64,000 bases of DNA, taken from the NCBI RefSeq assembly GCF_003918875.1, contig NW_025766059.1, positions 310,001 through 374,000 on the forward strand. Direction: 5' to 3'. The notes under the pieces are model-generated. The model had not been told where the DNA came from. It did not search any database and saw nothing but the letters and a program-made list of their open reading frames with translations. This document shows positions 12,980-24,849 of this stretch, piece after piece (position 1 is the first letter of the stretch; every line of letters begins with the position of its first letter). A program made the translations under genes and the position numbers. Origin of the DNA: Haliotis rubra (Eukaryota).

Positions 12980-13335
12980 TATTTATCATCCAAAGCAGTG
13001 TTCCACAGGAGATATTGCTTGTGTGAGATTAAACGATATCTCCTGTGAGATTTTGAACAATGCTATGGCGTCATGAACTTGATGACGTCACAATTCTATG
13101 ACATCGCTGCACTGCAAGTCTAATGGCAGTACTGCATGTTCAGAGATGTGCAGTTTTCATTCAAAACTAAAGAAAATGATTTTTGATGATAAAGATAATC
13201 TCACCCTCGTGATATTCAATACATCAACACTCATTGATTAAAGTAAAAATATCCTCGGCAAGTCTCGGATATTTGTAACTTTAATCAATTCGTGTTGATA
13301 TATTTGATATCAGAAGACACTTGGGTGAGATTGAT
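12980..13335. mobile_element. Non-autonomous hairpin-ended element in copy 1 intron
   Basis: Absent from the paralogous introns; long terminal palindrome aatctcaccc...atatcctcggcaagtctcggatat...gggtgagatt. Confidence 0.55.
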
Positions 13336-13514
13336 GTATCCATCTACTGTCTTCTCACTTTCACACAAACACATGGTTCTGCAGTAAAACTAACTATCAG
13401 TTACAAGCGGAAATCGTGAAGATCATAACACTACAACATAATGTAGTTGAAGCATGCTGATGCTCATCCATTATACGCGTGCCCATAATATACTTTAAAC
13501 TTCACTAAGTGTTT

Positions 13515-14191
13515 TGTTATGAGAGTGGGTTTTTTTGTAATTTGCATTATCATTGATTAGGTGATAGTTATTATGGGTCACAATGTTTAACGTTTTGAGT
13601 GTGGGTTTTGGCTCGCATCATGTATGTTCAATGGCAATAGGATTTGTAGCGGCACGTCTTTTTGATAGCGCTTCAGAGTTGCTTCCCTTGGCAACTTGTT
13701 GGCTCGTCATGCCGTGTATTCCACATGATTCCCTAACGTTTTGAGAAAATAATGATGGAGCCACTCTTTGCTAGAATGCTCGAGAACTGTGTAATAGCGA
13801 TATAAAGCCTGGTTGTTGCGTTGTGCGACAGGACTTATAACATCACTGGAGTTATACACAGCTGTCTGCCATCGTCGAGTTTGCCCAACATCGTCAAGAC
13901 TGACCGTGCTTGCCTATTCAACTGTTGTCACTGTAAACAACTTTCAATCAGTATATCTGTTCTCACTGTGAATGTCAAGAATCTGGGGAGTTAATATCTT
14001 ATATTTGTGACCCAATATTTTAGATTAGTGATTCAACTGAATTGTACTAGAAATCTGTATTGTCATTCATGGTAGCTTGCTCATTCTTTGTTGAATATAT
14101 TATTGAATATATTGGACTTATTTGTGTTCTATTTTGCTGGTTCAAAGGGGACTCTTCAGCCTTTTGTTACGACATATTATTAGCGGTAACA
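13515..14191 (+). mobile_element. Solo LTR (Gypsy-like)
   Basis: TG...CA ends, near-perfect 4-bp TSD gttt/gtct, highly similar to the LTR at 19863-20574, absent from the paralogous introns. Confidence 0.85.
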
Positions 14192-16906
14192 GTCTAAACA
14201 CTTTAAAGAAGGTGTGATCTTTAATGATTGTCCCAAATGAAATATTTGAAAGATTATAGTTATTGAATGGAAGTTATTTTTTGTGGGAATTCTGTTTTGT
14301 TTCTTTCGCGATCAGAACCTAGCACTTGATTGATGGCGAGGAATGCGATCTCACACGAGTACTGTGTTCCTTGCGCGGAGAGATACGGTGACCTCAGTGG
14401 GGAACTTTCAATAGTGACGTGTAAGATTTGATTAAAACAGTCTATGTTGTGAAAAAGGTATGCAATAAATACAGAACGTCGTACTAGTGCATTAGGACCT
14501 TCCGTATTGAACTCGAAAATGTCATATAGGACAGAAACAACTGGTTCTCTTTATTTCTCTAATACCATGACATCTTCTCATGCAGTACACAAGGTCCCAA
14601 TGCACTGTTATGGCGTTATATGTCTGTCTCTTTGTCTGTGTGTCTGTCTGTCTACCCGTGCTAAAGCTGCTAACAATGGTATATGTAAATTACCAGTGGT
14701 TATTACTGTAAGCGGTTGACCGGTGGTAACAACTTGACCTTGACCTTGAGATGATCGACAGCAGCAGCGTACACAGCACATGACTAATCCAACAATCACG
14801 ACGATCGTCAACACAACAGTGCAGACGATCCCGAGAATCAGTGCAATTGCTGCAGTCCGTGTTTCCGCTGCAAGAAAAAAGTTGGGCAATATGTGAATAC
14901 CACCTGCGTTTTGGCTTTATCGCAGAGAACATATTAATGGAGCATTGCTACCATCAGTTCCAACCATACTAGCTCACTTCACACAACCCACAATAATTAG
15001 TTCTTAAGATTTTCTAGCACCCAGATCCATCGCCGAGATGAAGAATAGAACATGCTAAGTGTCAAGAGCCAAATCTGTCATGAAATCTTAGGCCTACACC
15101 GGCTTCATGCCCACTTCCACGTTACCAGACACAATAATGTCTCTCAAGGGGATTGACTCTTGGATGGCTATTGAACATTGTGTCAATATCCGATCAAAGA
15201 TATACCTGATGCTCTAGTTAAAGTTCTACTTTATCTTGATTTGTAAGTCCGAGCAGAAATTCTGATTGATAGTGTGCATAAAGAAACACTCCGAGAGGGG
15301 TGTGGGGTGGGGGAGGGGTGTGTGGTGGTGCTTCTTTTTGTGTCAATCAAGGAAATCACAATTGTGTCATGAGCAGAATCAATAAGATTGACAGAAATAT
15401 AGACCGAAAGAGATCGAAGTAAATCGACCTTGAAAGTTGGAAAATGAAGTCGAAAATGTGGTATCAAGTTTTGTAGAAATACACTTAATGATCTTGCTTA
15501 CAATGTTTGTCGACAACATCTTTCTCTCTTGTGTTGACGATTGTATATCTTGATCCTCTTCTATTGCAAAGTACACATTATGATCAAACGATAGCAACTT
15601 TAATAAAAGCATGCATGTCCTTTTATAGAGACTGGTTTACGAGAAAGTTAGTTTAAGTTCTTCAGTTGAGGAATCTAGCAAACGGTCACACTGATGTGGC
15701 TTGTTCATGTACATCAATGAATGATTGGAAGAAATAGGAATAAAAAGAATGTTCAAGTGGATCGGAGCGGTTTGGTTTGTCAACTGTGATGCTTATCAAT
15801 GACAAATAGATGGAAAGTGTGGTTTGAATTGGTTATAGCTCACGTTAGCCAGATGTAATCAAATAATCAATTTCCCATTTCTTCAACATATGCTGTTGTT
15901 TCTTTGCTATTTTAAGGACACCTTGACATGCAGACATGCTTGGTTTCTGTTACAATAAGACTTTGGTAAATTGTGATTTAAATAAATTTTAACCTAGAAT
16001 CATTTTTGGGGTAAAGTTTAACTTTAAAACATCAAGATATCAATAAGTTCTCCCAGTACCAATCAAGTAGCGCACTTGTGATGGATACACTCGCTATTTT
16101 AAGAATACATGTATCTTCACTGTTTGATAGTGATTCTGAAGTACATGTTTATGATATTGTTGGCTTCGTGGACCAACAGTAGAGATATGTTATGGTTTAG
16201 GAAAGTTTTCTTCGGCTATTTTCACATCGAAATGAAATGGTCAAGGATGAGGATCTAGAACTGACCTGCTACAGCAGTAGTCCCCGTAGCATGCACAAAT
16301 AACATCCATAGCCGCACCACAAGTTCGAACCACCATTGTGCTGAAAAATATATTCAGGTAATTACGATTGGGTGAGGTGAGGTGAGGTGAAAGATATAAC
16401 GTCGTCGCGGTAACCTGTATCGATTGTATCGATTGGACGTGTAACTAATACATTTAATAAGTTAACATAGTAACGTTATTTGACCTAAAAAACAAAATCG
16501 TTTTAGTGTCATTAGTGACATACTAGGCCTGTTTAAACGTGTGGGAAATGATGTCATTTTAGATAATTGTACATAGGGTACAAAGAATACGTGCCCCACC
16601 TACCTGAGACCAGATGTCAAACAGCAGCACACTTACTCCAACGAAACAATGTATGTTTATAATGTCTTCTTCTGGTATGCTACAACAAATATCAACAAAT
16701 CCTTGATATGAAACAGCCTAATGCACCTATAACACTATTGTAATTGTAAGCTGTGTCTGCGAGGCGGGTGTCAGGGTGTCCACTGTGACAGGGAAAGGAC
16801 GCATGATCTTATCAGCTGGCAGAAAAAAACGTTCCAGTGTGATAAACGTAGGTTGAATCAATGCATACCTATGATACCATGAGTAAGTGTATGTTGGGCG
16901 CAACTG

Positions 16907-18209
16907 CAGACTAGTGCAAAAGGTATTCGGCAAAATTGCCGCCGCGGTATCGGGTAAGTTTTCAGTACGTTGTGATCTCCGTTCTCGCATTGGTGATTTT
17001 CGAATAAAATATCACAAGTAGGTAAGTATACTTACTGAATATTGTATAAGGTGTCCTTTGAGTCGAATTACTGTCATCACACGTCTTGGTAGAGTTGTAC
17101 AGGGACTGAATATATTCAGGTGGAATAGTTTCCCAAATTCGCTGAGTTTCCATGAAAAGTTCAACGTTCGATGTGATCAATTGAACTCGAGACTGAACCT
17201 TTCTTTTGATGTATAACCAAATATTTTCGATCACATTAATGTCAGGTGATCGAGCTGGCCAGCACATGCATCTGATTTGATTATTTTCTTTGTAGTCATT
17301 GATGACCAGCGCACGATGCACTGGGACATTGTCATCTTGGAAAATATACCCATTTGGGAAATGTCTTGCAATAACCGGCCATAATTTTTTTCTAGGATGT
17401 CTTGGTACTTGTTGGCATTCATATGACCATCTACAACCGTTAGTGTCCCCACGCCATTCCAGCAAATACAAGCCCATATCATAACCTGATATTTTCTGTT
17501 GGTTTCTGCCTCCATACGTATACACGTGTATCTTGTCCAATAACAATATTACTTTCATAAAAAAATATAACTTTTTTCCACTGTTCATTCACTGTCCACT
17601 TTCTCTTTTCACGACACCACGGAATTCGCTTTTTACGATTGATCTCTCGAACAACAACTTTCTTCTTTGAAACCTGACGTTTGAAGCCATGTGAATGAAA
17701 TTGATACTGAATTGTTCGTTTGCTGATAGGAACTTGCCTGTTTTCATTGAAGTTTGAAGATAATTCACCAAGAATGTCCCGTCTATTAAGTTTCACAAGT
17801 CTCTCTAACACACGGTAATCACGATCACGGTGTTTGCCCCTCCACTTCGTGGTTTGTTCTCCGTCGAACCCTTTGTTAAAAACTTCTTTATCACATTGTT
17901 TATTGTACTACGTGGTTTCTGCAATATTCTACTGATAGAACTGATAGAACTGCCAACCTGATACAACCTTACCGAAGTATTCTTAACACCGAGCGACAAT
18001 TCGGCGCTTTTTCGACCCATGTCGTCTGCATCAGGTAAACCGGAAGTATTCATAGCAGACGATAACATAACTAATCCTAATCTATCTATATGCGCGTTTG
18101 CAACCGGATGCGTAAGCTTGAAGCGGAGATATAGTCATCCAAATATCAGCGTAGATATGTCATAAAGACTGAATTTGTCAATTTGCCGAATACTTTTTAC
18201 ACTACTCTC
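16907..18209 (-). mobile_element. Tc1/mariner transposon with decayed transposase (about 18022-17040)
   Basis: TIRs cagactagtgcaaaaggtattcggcaaa and tttgccgaatactttttacactactctc followed by TA; motifs WKKVIF, IFQDDNVPVH, WPARSPDINVIENIW. Confidence 0.88.
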
Positions 18210-18865
18210 TAGATGCATTGTGTTTAAAATTCGTGTCTCAGAAGTTGTGCCCAACGTTGCTCGTCATAAAACAGCATCACTGACATTTTTTCCGTTTAGA
18301 ACAGTTTCCTTTGGACAGAATATTTTTATTTTGCAACCTCACGCTCCGACGTCGGGGCTTCAAATGAAATTTAGAAACTATCCGTTCTGTCTAACATTCA
18401 TCTAATGTCCAAACACAGTACGTTTATCTCCTAATTATTCAAAGTGCGACAATGCGACAAATGGTCCAAATGTCGCGTGTTTGCACTGTCGCATTATAGT
18501 TAATTTAGCCACTTTTTGCTTATTTTTGTAAGGGCGACAACGCGACAATGTCCCCTCTATGAATCCATAACAGAAGGCTTACAATTTGGTTTATTAGACC
18601 AGTGCAAAGTAATACACAGTCGTGACTATCCTTAGAAATAGATTTCGGTTGGTGTGGAGGGCACATTAGCTGTGAAATTCAGTGATGAATACGCTAAGCA
18701 TGTCACCCCCACCGGTTGCACCCGTCATTCACACAATTTACCTGGGGTCACTTGCACAAAGTGATCTAAGTGCTACAGTTATTGTAACTCCCATTCTCCA
18801 ACATAGGCTTAAGATAGCCGTAGCGCTAAGATCGCTTTGTGCAAGAGTATTTACAGTAGTTTCAT

Positions 18866-19726
18866 CCACATAACGCTGTGCAGTCAGATTACCTTGGATG
18901 ACAAGCAGATCACTCCTGAAACGTGCGTTGATGGACCCGCCAAACCATTACACTATCACCACCAAATCGATTTCTCTGTCTGACAGATGGGCCTGCATAA
19001 CGTTCCCCACGACGTCTGTAAACACGCTGTCTTCCATCCACAAATTACATCCACATTGGGCTGAAGCACAGGGCCACGGTATTGACGTCGACAGTTCAGT
19101 CCGGCCTGTCTCAGGCATCGAATGGCTGTCGATGGGTGGATCCTGCTTCCATGGCTACCAATCGTTGCTGCTGCTGTTGTTGTTGCCGTTCTGAAGCGAT
19201 CTCGAAGGTGCGCCAGTCGCATCTGTCGATCTTGTCTGACCGTCGTAACCGGAAGTCGTCCTAGTCGAGGGCGGTCGGCAACGCTCCCTGTCATCTGGTG
19301 ACGACTGACAAGAAGGCTAATGGTGGACTGGTTGACATTAAGGCGCCTAGCAACAACATTTTGTGAAATACTGGCTTCAAGGAGTCCCAGAGAGTGTGCA
19401 CGTTGCTGCAGATTCAGTCGCGGCGTTTTAAAGACTGTGAGCTCTATATAGCTATACACGTGTATTATATGGGAAAGGCCTCACGAAGTGCACGTGCATT
19501 TTCTTTATCAGGATTGCCTTGCTGTGTTTCAACGAATGATAAAAAATGCGTTTTCACGAATGTTTCTGTTTCCGAAAGCATGAAGTGGATTTGAACTTGA
19601 ACAACTGTTCCTAATCAAGTCTTGAACATTCATTTAAAATATCCAGTGCATCAATAGTACTTCTCACTTATGTTTCAAAAAATGATCTGAAAAAAAAACT
19701 TATGCGTTTTCATTGCGGTCAGTATA
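18866..19726 (-). mobile_element. Truncated Tc1/mariner (5' half)
   Basis: PRLNLQQRAHSLGLLEASISQNVVARRL...GSVADRPRLGR paired-like HTH; the element end at about 19722 is followed by TA. Confidence 0.75.
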
Positions 19727-20728
19727 TAAATGTTAATCACAAATAGAACAAATGTAAGCGTTGCAACTGGTGATGAGTCTGTGGGGGTTTCCCTGGAGGA
19801 AACTGGTATGCATGCATTGGTCAATAATTCAATATTTCATACACTTTGGTTAGTTTTGTATATGTTATGAGAGTGTGTTTTTTCTTGTAATTTGTAATAT
19901 CACATTGATTAAGACTTAGTGGTAGTTATTATGGGTCACAATGTTTAAAGTTTTGAGTGTGGGTTTTGGTTCGCATCTCACATCATATATGTTCAGTGGC
20001 ATTAGTATTTGTAACGGCACGCCCTTTTTATAGCGCTTCAGAGTTGCCTCCCTTGGGGCAATCTCTTTGTATTTGTTTTGGCTTCCTTCCATGTGTTTAC
20101 GATGGCTTTCGTGAACGTTCCGAGAGAATAAATGATGGAGCCCAGCTTTGCTAGAGTGCTCGAGAACTGTGTAACAGTTATATAAAGGCCAGTTGTTGTG
20201 TTGTGCGACGGGACATGACTGGTTATGACTGGATTTATACACATTTGTCTGCCATCGTCAAGCTGACCAATATTTCAAGACTGACCGTGCTCGTCTATAT
20301 TCAACTGCTGTCATTGTAAACAACCTTCAATCAGTATATCTGTGCTCACTGTGAATGTCAAGAATCTGGTGAGTTAATATCTTATATTTTCGACCCAATA
20401 TTTTGGATTTGTGACTCAACTGCATTGTACTAGAAATCTGTATTGTCATTCATGGTAGCTTGCTCATTCTTTGTTGAATATATTATTGAATATTTTAGAC
20501 TTGTCTGGGTTCTACTTTGCTGGTTCAAAGGGGATTCTTAAACCTTTTGTCACGGCAAATTATTAACCGTAACAAAATTTGGGGCTCGTCCCGGATAGAA
20601 TTCATTTGACATTTGAGACCTATAGAGGGCTTCGGGCTTTTCTACATTTCCCACAATGCATTCCCGGCGGCCATTTTGGAAGGCTTTGTTTACGCAGCTC
20701 ATTGTTGTTGATCATTCATCCAGAGATA

Positions 20729-23700
20729 ATGCCGACTACGTGTGCTATTGTTAACTGCAAATGTCGGGGTGGGAGAGATAAAAAGAGCTTTTATCGCATT
20801 CCTAAAGTTATTTCTGGACAGGGGGAAGCAGCGGAGAAGAAGATTGAACGGCGAAGGAGAGCATGGATTGCTGCAATCAACCGATCCGATGTGACGTGTT
20901 ACGAACAGCTTCGTGTTTGTTCGGATCATTTCATTTCAGGTAAGCTATATAATTAACATTTTGTAGGTACATACGAATCTAAAATCTTCACAATTCAAAG
21001 CCCCATTTCATATTGAATTGATGTGCTAGGTCTAGGTCGAGGTCGAGGGTCAGTCTTGGTAGTAGGAAGCCATGAACACTAAATGTTCATAGGGTATGCA
21101 GTATCTCATGTAAAGTTGATATTAGTACGAAAGTATTTATTATGAATTCAGTGTCTATTGTTGTTTTATCAGAAAAATAGTAACATATTTGTTATGGTTT
21201 ATTTAAACTTAAGTACAAAAGAAACGCTACAAACAAAAAAATTATAAAATATGAATTACTAAAAAAAAAGTTTTAGTTTCCAGGTACAGGAACTATATCA
21301 CCCGAACACATCTTAGGTGTTTACAAACAAAAATTGGAACAGAATCCTTGCTTTGTACACTTCCAAACAAAAACATGAAATGCACGTTTTTAGTCATTAA
21401 AATACAATTTTCGTTCGACTGGGGTATAAATTCGATGCAGAAGGCAAGCACAGCATCATTCCAAACTCAAAACGGCACCATAAGAATGCCGAGATTGACA
21501 GCAGCAGCAGAGAAAGAGCATTGAGAATGTTGGGAGATGGTCGCCACTCACGACCACGTCGCCAAACCCTCGGCTGTCACCCGCGTAACAGTGTCCAGAC
21601 TCGTCCAGCGATATCGACAGACTGGCCAGACTACTGATAGACCCAGAACTGGCCGACCCAGGGTTACAACACCACGCGAGGACCGGTACCCGCGCACATT
21701 GCACTTATGCATAACCGTTTCCCTGACGGTGACGCGCTAATCCTCATCGGCAGCCGGCGTTGGCGTTAGGTCGTCGTGTCAGTCGACACACAGTGACCAG
21801 GGCGGCTTAGAGCTTTTGGCATCAGGGCTTACAGACCGTTCCGGGGACAGGGGGCTGACCCAGGCACATCGACAGAGACGACTGGAGTGGAGATTTTGCA
21901 ACCTCCGGCGAAGTACGACGATGGCAGGAACGTCAATGGCAGCGAGTGCTCTTTAGCTGACGGATAGAGCAGATTTCTCTTGTACCGAAACGATGGCAGG
22001 GCACGGGTTTATCGTCGTACTGGAGAACGACAGGCCGCCTCGTTGCGTTCAGGAGGTCGTTCTCTATGGAATGGGAAGTGTGATGGTGTGGGGAGGCATT
22101 TGTGGAGAACAAAAGACGCCACTGGTCATCGTCAATGGCAACCTGACGGCCAGACGGTATATCGATGACATTCTTAAGCCCACAGTACTGCCATTTTATG
22201 CGCAATCGCCAACAGGGCATCCTGCTTCAGCATGACAATGCAAGACCCCATGTGGCAAGAATTACACAGAACTTCCTTCAAGCAAACAACGTTAATGTTC
22301 TTCCGTGGCCAGCATGCTCCCCTGACATGTCACCAATCGAGCACTTGTGGGACGCTCTTGATCGCCGCACCGTGTTAGGCTCCGTCAACATCCCCAACAA
22401 ACCGCCAAGAACTCGCTGACACCCTCGAAGAAGAATGGCGGAACATTCCACCTGCTGACGTCAGACGACTGACGTCATCAATGCGTAGAAGGGTCTATGC
22501 ATGTCTTGAGGCGCGAGGAGGCCATACTCGCTACTAGAGTTCACCATAGTCATTGCTATAGACTTTTCTTTAGCAGAAGTTTATGTGTAAAAAAATGAAA
22601 ATGAAATTGCTGAAGTGTCGTTAAAAGAATCCTCTGTAACACTGGTACCATATCGTTATTTATAATTGTTGACAATCATCAAAAAACTTTTTATGTCAGT
22701 CGTCTCAATAAACTTTATTGCATGTTTCTAGTGTTTGTGGTTTCTTCACAGGGTAATTTTGAAAAGTTGGTAGCGTTTCTTTTGTACTTGAGTTTAGTAT
22801 CCTGTTTCAAAGCACAATGTGGAAACAGTATAAATTGATATTGAATCATGAGTTAACTTGTCTTCTTTTACAGACAGATGAACTGTAAGTAATGACATTG
22901 TGTAATGAATAATTCATATATTTTCAGGAAAACCACATCAATATGATGAATCACATCCAGACTTGGCTCCTAGCAAGCATCTAGGCTATGAAGGGACAAA
23001 GTCACCAAGTAAAGCAGCTGTACGCCATGAAAGACTGCAAAACAGAAAGGAAGCTGCTAAGAAAACAGAAGCTGCTCTTAGTTTACTTGAACTTAGTGCA
23101 TACATGGAAAATGAATCTGACAGAGATTTGGCTGAGCCCACCCCTGAGTCACCTACTGTTGAAGAGGAACCAACCGTCACAGAGAAGCTGGAGCTAGCTA
23201 ATCAAGAAATAAGTGAATTAAAACAGGAAAATAAGCAGCTGAGAGAACAAAACGAGTGTTTAAAGAACATTGTACACAAAATGAAGGCCAATTCACCAGA
23301 GGACTTTGAAGATGACAATGAAAAGGTGAAGTATTATACTGGATTGCCAAGTTATGGCACTTAATCATCTTTTGGCCCCTGAAATGACAGAAAACAGAAA
23401 TTCATCTCTCAGCAAATTTCAGAAGATAATCATAACCCTAATGAGACTTAGACTAAATTTGCCCGTCAAAGACTTGAGTTATCGTTTTGGTGTATCTAAA
23501 TCTACATTATCCAAGGCTTTCTTAGATATTTTGAACTTAATGTATGTGGCATTACAACCTTTAGTGCGTTGGCCTGATCGTGATGAACTTAGGGAAACAA
23601 TGCCGATGGTGTTTCGTAAATACTTTGGAAGGAGAGTCACCTGCATTATCGACTTCTTTGAGATTTTCACTGATCGACCATCCAACATGACTGCAAGGGC

Positions 23701-24174
23701 ACAGACCTGGTCCAACTACAAGCACCACAACACAGCAAAGTATTTGATAGGAATTACTCCTCAGGGAAGTGTAAGCTTCATATCGGAGGGCTGGGGAGGA
23801 CGAGTAAGTGACAAACATCTAACAACCAATTGCAAATATCTAGACAATCTAATGAATGGAGATTTGATACCAGCAGATCAGGGATTTGACGTCCAGGAAG
23901 TGGTTGGCGCCGAAGTGAAACTTCCATCTTTTATGAGAGGAAAGCAACAGCTGAGTGCTACAGAAGTTGAGTCAACAAGAAAAATTGCTATGTGAGGATT
24001 CATGTGGAAAGGGTCATTGGAACTGTGCGTCAGAAGTTCATGATTCTTGGAGCGACGAGTCCGATTGATTACCTCATTTCGAAAGCTGGTGACAAGTGTG
24101 CAATTCTTGATAAAATTGTGTTTGTATGCTGTGCTCTTACCAACATGTGCCCCTCTGTTGTGCCATTTGACTGA
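20729..24174 (+). pseudogene. THAP + HTH + DDE_Tnp_4 transposase; exons 20729-20939 and 22928-24174, two frameshifts
   Basis: MPTTCAIVNC...RRRAWIAAINR...RVCSDHFISG|GKP..PDLAPS (THAP, phase-1 GT-AG intron); [44 protein letters not shown]. Confidence 0.9.
21206..22794 (+). mobile_element. Tc1/mariner transposon inserted in the ISL2EU transposase intron
   Basis: TIR aacttaagtacaaaagaaacgctac / gtagcgtttcttttgtacttgagtt with TA TSD; decayed transposase 21486-22536 (QHDNARPH, WPACSPDMSPIEHLW). Confidence 0.92.
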
Positions 24175-24360
24175 CATTAACAGCTATCAACATGTGTCCT
24201 GTTGTGCCATTTCTCAAACATTAACATTCACATATTAAATTTCCTTTAACTTTTACCTTGAGTTATTATGAGTTACTATTCATTGGCTACTGGTATGTTA
24301 AGCCATTAAAAAAATGAAGAAAAAACAAAAAACCAAAACAAAACAAAAAAAAAGATAAAA

Positions 24361-24455
24361 AACATGTCTGCAGTTTATCCATTCTGTGTTAGGTTTAATC
24401 ACAGTATTGGATAACCCAAGCTGCACTGATGAGCCCTGGGAGGGCGAAACATGTT
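24361..24455 (+). ncRNA. Type III hammerhead ribozyme (predicted cleavage after GUC, C24368)
   Basis: AACAU-GUC^UGCAGU...GCUGCA-CUGAUGA-GCCC-UGGGA-GGGC-GAAAC-AUGUU: full catalytic core with stems I, II and III paired. Confidence 0.88.
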
Positions 24456-24674
24456 AAATTTTCTGATTGAATCATATGATTTTAGACTACAGAAAATCTT
24501 TTTGTGAACACATTTGTGAGAGAGACAGGTATGTTTAATATTGTAACTGTTTTCCAAAATGACGACATATTTCACATATTTAGTCAATTTGATGTTGTCT
24601 ATTTGTTGTTGTTGTGAGGACAAATAAATTGCCCAGAAAAAGAAACCTTTCTAAACAAAGTTTGAGTGCAATGC

Positions 24675-24755
24675 AAACATGTTTCGCCTTCCCAAGGCTC
24701 ATCAGTGCAGCTAGGGTTTCCCAATAAAATAACTGAGAAAACTGCAGACATGTTT
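24675..24755 (-). ncRNA. Type III hammerhead ribozyme (predicted cleavage between 24747 and 24746)
   Basis: Minus strand AAACAU-GUC^UGCAGU-UUUCUCAG...UUGGGAAA-CCCUA-GCUGCA-CUGAUGA-GCCU-UGGGA-AGGC-GAAAC-AUGUUU. Confidence 0.88.
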
Positions 24756-24849
24756 TGGGTTTTTGATGATTTTTGTGTCAGAACAAACACATTATATCAA
24801 CAGTGATCAGTGAAGTCAGGTAGGGAATGTGGATTCCAGGTATTTTCTT

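Larger units (their letters stand above)
12470..16660 (-). pseudogene. CYYR1/Shisa-like membrane protein, copy 1 (pseudogene); exons 16660-16604, 16340-16266, 14867-14694, 12663-12470
   Basis: Homologous to copy 2 but ATG changed to ATA, 1-bp deletion in exon 1, Cys exon rearranged (75 vs 94 nt), net 8-nt loss at the start of exon 3; the TM and PPSY exons are still open. Confidence 0.8.
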
